A stretch of 12,643 nucleotides of DNA from Armatimonadota bacterium. Lineage in GTDB: Bacteria > Sysuimicrobiota > Sysuimicrobiia > Sysuimicrobiales > Humicultoraceae. Every line of letters starts with the position of its first letter. Position 1 is the first letter of the stretch. Shown here piece by piece: positions 7,188-12,643 of this stretch. The stretch is from positions 1-12,643 of the forward strand of contig JBQTJP010000106.1 of the NCBI GenBank assembly GCA_052386995.1. Reading direction: 5' to 3'. A program made the position numbers and the translations under genes. The notes beneath the pieces were generated by a model. The model did no database searches. It was given only the letters and a program-made list of their open reading frames with translations, and was not told where the DNA came from.

Positions 7188-8201
7188 TCACTCCTTGGTC
7201 GTCAGCCCACCTTTGGCCATGAGCGTCACGACGGAGGCGTCCTTCTGCTGCAGCCACCTCACGAAATCGGGCCCCGTGAGAAACGCCTTGGTGAACGCCC
7301 CGCGCTCGATGAAGTCGGCCATCTCCTTGGTCTCCATCAGCTTGCGGAAAAGATCGACGTAGAACGCCACGGCGTCGGCCGGCATGTCAGGCGGGCCAAA
7401 CACGCCGCGAAGCATCTGATATTCGATCGGGAAGCCCAGCTCCTTGAGCGTCGGGACATCCTTCCACCTGGCGGTCTGGACGCGCTCGCTCGCAAAGATC
7501 GCCAGGGGACGCACGCGAGCGCCGTCCCAGTGGCCGATCATCTCCAGCGGGTTGTTGACGGTGAATTCGACCTGCTTGCCGACCAGCGCCGCGGCGACCG
7601 CCCCGCCGCCGGGGAATGGCACGTATGTGAAGTCCACGCCCCAGGCCTGCTCCAGCGCCACCATGATGATCTCATCTTCCTGTTTGGAGCCCGTGCCGGC
7701 CATCTTGATGCTGCCAGCGGGAGCGGCGCGCGCGGCCCGCTGAAAGTCGGCGACGGTCTTCCACGGCGAATCGTTGTGGACCGTGAGGGCGAAGTGGTCG
7801 AGCAGCAGGCGGGCGATGGGGGTCAGGTCCTTCCAGGAGAACCGAGAGCCATCGCGCTTTCGAATCACCTGGGCCTGGGGGGTCGCAAAGAGATTGTCGA
7901 GGGTGATGAGAATCGTATGGGGATCGCCGGTCTTGTCGATCATCCACAGGAACGCCTGCGCTCCCGCGCCCGCAGGACGGTTGACAGGAATCACGGGCTG
8001 TGGCGAGAGGCTGTACTGAGCGATGAGTGGACTCATGAAGCGGGCCTGCTGATCGGCTCCGCCGCCGGTGCCTGCCGGCACGGTCCACTCGATTGGCCGG
8101 CGCGGCGTGAAAGCCGGTCCACTGACGGCCGACCCCGCACCGACCACCAATACGAGGATCAGGATTACAACAGCAGCCAGCCTTCCCGCGAAAGGCCACA
8201 T
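7188..8201 (-). CDS. tctC: Tripartite tricarboxylate transporter substrate-binding protein (TctC/Bug)
   Basis: Signal peptide, then 'PRRPIEWTVPAGTGGGADQQAR', 'NRPAGAG', 'YVPFPGGG' and 'DVPTLKELG' Bug-family motifs. GGAGG SD upstream. Confidence 0.93.
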   Translation of the reverse strand: MWPFAGRLAAVVILILVLVVGAGSAVSGPAFTPRRPIEWTVPAGTGGGADQQARFMSPLIAQYSLSPQPVIPVNRPAGAGAQAFLWMIDKTGDPHTILITLDNLFATPQAQVIRKRDGSRFSWKDLTPIARLLLDHFALTVHNDSPWKTVADFQRAARAAPAGSIKMAGTGSKQEDEIIMVALEQAWGVDFTYVPFPGGGAVAAALVGKQVEFTVNNPLEMIGHWDGARVRPLAIFASERVQTARWKDVPTLKELGFPIEYQMLRGVFGPPDMPADAVAFYVDLFRKLMETKEMADFIERGAFTKAFLTGPDFVRWLQQKDASVVTLMAKGGLTTKE

Positions 8202-8271
8202 CGCACGTCCACCCCCTCCGGCAGCGCCGGGTAATTATTGTGGGCGCATGCGGCGTCGGCCCAGAAGTGCT

Positions 8272-9297
8272 TTAGGCCGGCGCTTTATCCTTGTGCAGTT
8301 CACTTGCGAACGGCAACACCCCCGGGATCAACCACTTGTTCCACATGTCGTCGATCTTGCTCTGGAAGTACTCGGTGTCGTCGTCGGTGAAGTGCGCGAA
8401 TCGTCCCTGACGGTTAAGGTACTCGCGGACAGGACGGCGCTTGAACCGACCCTCGGCCATCGGCTTGGACTTCCCATACATCTTGAGCGTGTGATTCTCC
8501 ACCTCGAACAACGGCCAGATGCCGCACTCAACCGCAAGCTCGCCAAGCTCGTGCGACTGGATCGGATCGTAGTCCCACCCTTTGGGGCATGGATCGAGCG
8601 AGTGGATGTAGGTCGACCCGCCGATCGCCAGGGCCTTGCGGACACGGTTCATCATGTCTACCGCGTACGAGGCGCAGACCGTGGCCACGTACTTGCACTC
8701 CGGGTGGCCCGCTGCCAGCATCGCGGCGACGTTCTTCTTCCATCGATTGTGCAGGATCCGCTTGACCTTCCCCGGCGGGCTGAAGGTCGTGTGCGCGCCC
8801 CATGGGGTCGCACCAGAGAGCTGAATGTCGGTGTTCGCGTACGACTCGTTATCGTACATAAGGATCAGGAAGTTATAGTCCGTGTGTGTGAGGGACGCGG
8901 AGATCGCCGAGAGACCCATATCCGCGCCGCCGCCGTCGCCGCAGAAGGCGATGACGTTGATCGCCTCGGTGGGAATCTTGCCCTTCCGCATGAGCACCTT
9001 GAGCGCGGCCGCCGTGCCCAGACCCGCCGAGCCGCTGCTGCCCAGCTGCGTGTGCATCCAGGGCACGACCCACGAGGTGCTGTAGTACGTCGTGTTGGCC
9101 ACGTACATGCACCCGGTGCTGCCCAGTACGACGGTGCGCGGGCCGGCCGCCTTGACCATGAGCTTCATGACCAGCGCCGACTCGCACCCCTGGCACGTGC
9201 GGTGGCCGGAGGTGAAGTATTCTTCCAGCGGGACCTTCTTGACCCCCTTGAAGGGGTCGAGCACCTGGGTTGGATAGGTGTCAATCGCGTCTGCCAT
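8272..9297 (-). CDS. 2-oxoacid:ferredoxin oxidoreductase beta (TPP-binding) subunit, oxalate-oxidoreductase-like
   Basis: 'GHRTCQGC', 'TGCMYVANT', GDGG...YDNESYANT TPP/Mg motif and 'PCPKGW' proximal-cluster Cys. ATG 9297 preferred (AAGGGTGA SD-like) over GTG 9306. Confidence 0.92.
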   Translation of the reverse strand: MADAIDTYPTQVLDPFKGVKKVPLEEYFTSGHRTCQGCESALVMKLMVKAAGPRTVVLGSTGCMYVANTTYYSTSWVVPWMHTQLGSSGSAGLGTAAALKVLMRKGKIPTEAINVIAFCGDGGGADMGLSAISASLTHTDYNFLILMYDNESYANTDIQLSGATPWGAHTTFSPPGKVKRILHNRWKKNVAAMLAAGHPECKYVATVCASYAVDMMNRVRKALAIGGSTYIHSLDPCPKGWDYDPIQSHELGELAVECGIWPLFEVENHTLKMYGKSKPMAEGRFKRRPVREYLNRQGRFAHFTDDDTEYFQSKIDDMWNKWLIPGVLPFASELHKDKAPA

Positions 9298-9351
9298 CTC
9301 TCTCACCCTTTCACGTACGATAGTCTTCGACGGTTCCCCCGCGCGGACCCG

Positions 9352-10575
9352 CTATTCGCGCAGGCCGATCCAATACGTATCGTTCAGCCGCTCGCCGGCG
9401 GCCGCGCGAAATGTCATGTCCGCCATCTCGCGGACGTTGGGCACGGTGACCTCCCGCCCGCCGAGCCCGCAGATGAACCCGACGATCGGCGGCCGCTTCT
9501 CGCCACCGTAGAGCGCCGTGCGGACCTCGTTCGCCACGACGCCACTGAAGTAGGGCGACCCGTACGAGTAGTCGCGATCGATCACGCCGACGGCCGCAAA
9601 CCGCCCGAGCGTGGCCTGGAGCGCTTCTGTCGGGAACGGGCGGAACCACCGGAGGCGTACGAAGCCGACCTTCTTGCCCTCCTTGCGCATCTTGCGGATA
9701 GCCACTTTGACCGGCATCGACAGCGTGCCCATGCCGAGGAGCACGACCTCGGCGTCGTCGGTCTCGTACTCCTCAAAGAACGGGTTGCCGTACTTCCGCC
9801 CGAAGATGCGCTCATGGTCGGCGTAGGCTTCGGCGATGACCGCGGGGGCGCGGCGTATCGCCGCGTCGTTCTGCTTTCGGATCTCCATGACCCAGTCTTC
9901 GTTGGCCTGCGGCGCGATCGTGATGGGATTGTCGGGGTGCAGTGTGAGGTCGCCGCGGTTATACTTGGGCAGGAACTCCGTGACCTTCTCCTGCGCCGGG
10001 ACCTTCACCATCGACTGTGAATGCGTGAGAAACGCGCCGTCGCAGCCGATCGCGCAGGGCAGGAAGATGCGGCGGTCTTCGGCGATCCTCCAGGCCAGCA
10101 GGGCGTGGTCGAGCGCCTCCTGAGCGTTGTCGACCCACACAAGCATCCACCCGAGGTCGCGCACCGCCAGCGCGTCGTTGTGCTCGACACCGAACGCGCC
10201 AGGGTCGTCGAGCGCCCGGTTGCCGACCATCGCGACCATCGGAATCCGCAGGGCCGGGGTGACGGTCAGGGCCTCAAACGCGTACATCCAGCCCACGCCG
10301 CTCGATCCGACGAACACCCGCGCGCCCACGGCAGAGGCGTGCTTCACGATCTCGAACTGCGAGTGCTCGCTTTCGGCGACGATGTACTCGCAGTCCATCT
10401 CGCCGTTGCTGACGAGTTTTGCGACGTACTGCATGACCGTGTCGTACGGGCGGATCGGATACGCGGTGATGACGTCGACATCGGCCAGTTTGCAGGCGAC
10501 CGCGATCGCCTCGCTGCCGCTGATCAGCTCTTCTTTATCGGCCAGCGCAACTTCAGGTTCTCGAACCGTCGCCAT
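9352..10575 (-). CDS. 2-oxoacid:ferredoxin oxidoreductase alpha subunit, oxalate-oxidoreductase-like
   Basis: 'AYPIRPY' instead of the usual YPITP, 'ESEH' TPP-activating Glu, 'GSSGVG', 'NRALDDPG', 'LRWFRPFP' and 'GLGGRE' motifs. AGGAGG SD; start abuts the upstream stop. Confidence 0.93.
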   Translation of the reverse strand: MATVREPEVALADKEELISGSEAIAVACKLADVDVITAYPIRPYDTVMQYVAKLVSNGEMDCEYIVAESEHSQFEIVKHASAVGARVFVGSSGVGWMYAFEALTVTPALRIPMVAMVGNRALDDPGAFGVEHNDALAVRDLGWMLVWVDNAQEALDHALLAWRIAEDRRIFLPCAIGCDGAFLTHSQSMVKVPAQEKVTEFLPKYNRGDLTLHPDNPITIAPQANEDWVMEIRKQNDAAIRRAPAVIAEAYADHERIFGRKYGNPFFEEYETDDAEVVLLGMGTLSMPVKVAIRKMRKEGKKVGFVRLRWFRPFPTEALQATLGRFAAVGVIDRDYSYGSPYFSGVVANEVRTALYGGEKRPPIVGFICGLGGREVTVPNVREMADMTFRAAAGERLNDTYWIGLRE

Positions 10576-11805
10576 CTAGACTCCTCCTGCGCTCGCTTCG
10601 GTGGTGTCTTCCTTGCCCACTTTCTCCTCGCCGCCCTTCGTCATTCCCACGGCGGCCATGGTCTTGATCTGCTCGGCATACTGCCCGCGGTAGCGGAAGC
10701 CATGCGACCGGTCGGGCCGGTGCTGAATCTTCTCGGCCACCCAGGCCTTGTATCCTGCCTTGTCTGCCTTCCACATCTCCCACTGGCTCGCGTTGTCGCC
10801 GAACTCACCCTCGTTGACCATGGTGACACAGTTGTCCACCGGGCAGACGGCCTCGCACACGCCGCAGCCGCAGCACGACTCCATGCGGGCGTCGTACAGG
10901 CCGTCCGGCGTCACGTCGAAGCACGAGTCCGGACACTGCAGCCAGCACAGCGTGCATTTGATGCATGTGTCGAAGTCCACCACCGGTCGCATCGTCCGTG
11001 TGCTGAACTTCTTGAAGTACGGGTTTGTCGCGGGGCGGTAGCCGCCTACGGCGCCCCCTTCGGGGTCGGCGAACCCGCCGCCCATCTGGATGCTGTTGAT
11101 GACCACACCCTCGCGCATCTCTTTCCACCCGGGGAGTGTGAACTCAAAGGGTGTTTCGGCGTTTCCGGCGCCCGGGGGCACCTGGGTCGACTCGACCCGC
11201 TCGTAGGCTTTGCGGGCCGAGAGGACTTTGAGGTCGTCCTTCCATTCTTCCTTGATGCCCTTCTCGACGGCGTCGAGAGTCAGCATGTCGGGGACCAGAC
11301 GCGCGATGGTCCCGAGGATTCGCACGTCGGTGTGATCGTCCTTGTACACCCACAGCCCGCTGAAGCTGGGCACGGCGCGCACAATCGCCAGCTCGTAGGG
11401 AGTCTCCTTGGTGTGGATCATCTTGAGCAGATCGTCGAACCCCAGCATCGAGGTGACGATCAACTTGCCGTTCGGATTGAGCAGCCGGTTGATCGGCTGC
11501 AGCCCGTACCACGCCCACGACTCGACGCCCTTGCACATCGTGTCGTCCACGTTGACCGTCACGTCGACCCGCTTGGGCTCGTACTGCGACATGCTCTCTT
11601 CGAGCGTCTCTTCGTCGGGGGCGATGATGGCGAAGTTCTTCGCCGGAATGCCGTTGCGCTCAGGAGAGTCGCCGTAGCGACCAAATGAGATGCCGGTCTT
11701 CCCTTCCTTCGAGGCCGCCAGCACCAGACCGCGGCTGATGTGCTTGGCCAGCGTCTTTTGGAAGATGCCCCGGTACACGATCTCAATGGCGTAACTGCGG
11801 TCCAT
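10576..11805 (-). CDS. 2-oxoacid:ferredoxin oxidoreductase fused gamma-delta subunit with two [4Fe-4S] motifs
   Basis: N-terminal gamma-like domain ('EIVYRG', 'YGDSPERNGIP') and C-terminal ferredoxin domain 'RTMRPVVDFDTCIKCTLCWLQCPD...CCGCGVCEAVCP'. Confidence 0.9.
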   Translation of the reverse strand: MDRSYAIEIVYRGIFQKTLAKHISRGLVLAASKEGKTGISFGRYGDSPERNGIPAKNFAIIAPDEETLEESMSQYEPKRVDVTVNVDDTMCKGVESWAWYGLQPINRLLNPNGKLIVTSMLGFDDLLKMIHTKETPYELAIVRAVPSFSGLWVYKDDHTDVRILGTIARLVPDMLTLDAVEKGIKEEWKDDLKVLSARKAYERVESTQVPPGAGNAETPFEFTLPGWKEMREGVVINSIQMGGGFADPEGGAVGGYRPATNPYFKKFSTRTMRPVVDFDTCIKCTLCWLQCPDSCFDVTPDGLYDARMESCCGCGVCEAVCPVDNCVTMVNEGEFGDNASQWEMWKADKAGYKAWVAEKIQHRPDRSHGFRYRGQYAEQIKTMAAVGMTKGGEEKVGKEDTTEASAGGV

Positions 11806-11808
11806 CCT

Positions 11809-12564
11809 CTATTCCCCCCTGGCTGCCCCGACCGCGGCCGGTTGCCGCTCCTGGACCAGCGTCTCTTCGATTTGCTCGAGGTGATTGAGCATTGCGCGGG
11901 CCGCCAGCGCGGCATCCCGCTGGCGGATGGCTTCAAGAATCTGCCGGTGACCGCGCAGCGACCGCTGGGGGCGGCCCCGCCCCTGAAGGGACCGCTCGCG
12001 GCCTTCGCGCAGCAGATCCATAAGCGCGTCGAGCACTTTGGGCACCACCTGGTTACGCGATGCGCGGGCGATCATGTCGTGGAACGCGCTGTCTTCTTCG
12101 ATGGCGAGTCCGCCGGCCTCCAACCGCGCGGCCTGTCGGGTGAGGATCGCCTCCATCTGGCGGACCTCATCGGGCCTGGCGTGGCGGGCGGCTTCGCGGG
12201 CCATGGCAGGCTCGATCATCTTGCGGACGGCCATGAGGTCGGCCAGGAGATCCCGGCGCGCCAGCAGTGCTGAGGCGATGGGCCCTACGACCGCATCGGT
12301 TGAGAGCTCTCGGATGACTGTGCCCTCACCCTGGCGGGGTTCGAGCAGGCCCGCGGCCTGCAATGTTCGGATCGCATCGCGAATGGACGTGCGGCTGACT
12401 CCGAGGGCCGAGGCCAACTCGCGCTCGGGCGGCAGCTTGTCGCCGGGCTTGAGACGCCCATCGGAAATCAAGCGTCGGATGCGCGCGGCGACCTCCTCGT
12501 ACACCTTCGTGCGGCGCACGGGGCCGAGCGAGTCTCTGATATGCGCAGTGGTTTGCTGAGCCAT
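11809..12564 (-). CDS. GntR-family regulator, FadR subfamily (FCD domain)
   Basis: wHTH 'LKPGDKLPPERELASALGVSRTSIRDAI...PRQGEGT' and FCD with D..FH, H and H metal-ligand pattern (EDSAFH, RGHRQI, LNHL). ATG 12564 (GGAG upstream) preferred; the track's ATG 12594 lacks an SD. Confidence 0.93.
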   Translation of the reverse strand: MAQQTTAHIRDSLGPVRRTKVYEEVAARIRRLISDGRLKPGDKLPPERELASALGVSRTSIRDAIRTLQAAGLLEPRQGEGTVIRELSTDAVVGPIASALLARRDLLADLMAVRKMIEPAMAREAARHARPDEVRQMEAILTRQAARLEAGGLAIEEDSAFHDMIARASRNQVVPKVLDALMDLLREGRERSLQGRGRPQRSLRGHRQILEAIRQRDAALAARAMLNHLEQIEETLVQERQPAAVGAARGE

Positions 12565-12572
12565 CCGCTCCA

Positions 12573-12591
12573 AATTGGTCCGATGGTCCAA
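12573..12591. promoter_or_regulatory. Putative FadR-subfamily operator
   Basis: AATTGGTCCGATGGTCCAA has two TGGTCC units and TTGG/CCAA flanks, resembling PdhR/LldR-type TGGT-N3-ACCA and TGGTCNGACCA boxes. It lies between the promoter and the regulator start. Confidence 0.6.
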
Positions 12592-12608
12592 CATCTGCTG
12601 GCAACGCG

Positions 12609-12638
12609 ATTATCTCGCCTAAGGGAAACGTCTGTCAA
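12609..12638 (-). promoter_or_regulatory. Putative sigma70-type promoter of the GntR-oxidoreductase-TTT unit
   Basis: TTGACA (12638-12633), 18-nt spacer, GATAAT (12614-12609). Confidence 0.6.
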
Positions 12639-12643
12639 GTCAG

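Noticed and set aside
8068..10020. 650-aa plus-strand ORF
   Set aside because: Antisense shadow of the oxidoreductase alpha and beta genes; no recognisable motifs, and expected from high-GC codon bias.
10021..11688. 555-aa plus-strand ORF
   Set aside because: Antisense shadow of the alpha and gamma-delta genes, with no domain signature.

Overview
GC-rich bacterial chromosomal region, mostly on the minus strand. Left to right: the 5' part of an archaeal/eukaryotic-type proS (missed by the ORF track) behind a very compact T-box riboswitch; a RelE/ParE + ribbon-helix-helix toxin-antitoxin pair; a plus-strand tandem hotdog acyl-CoA thioesterase; a membrane-anchored thioredoxin + DUF4395 pair behind an unannotated 35-aa Cys-rich leader ORF; a PlsC-like acyltransferase; a TerC protein; a tripartite tricarboxylate transporter (TctCBA); a three-subunit oxalate-oxidoreductase-like 2-oxoacid:ferredoxin oxidoreductase; and a FadR-type GntR regulator. 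Three things stand out. (1) A proline T-box with an ultra-short Stem I (CCC specifier in the apical loop, an architecture I know only from actinobacterial translational ileS T-boxes), a reduced Stem II and an intrinsic terminator. (2) A probable cysteine-sensing leader-peptide attenuator with mutually exclusive pairings over the DUF4395 start. (3) A GntR-OOR-like-TTT catabolic unit whose alpha subunit keeps YPIRP but appears to lack the OOR switch-loop Asp. All family calls come from motif recognition by eye; no searches were run.
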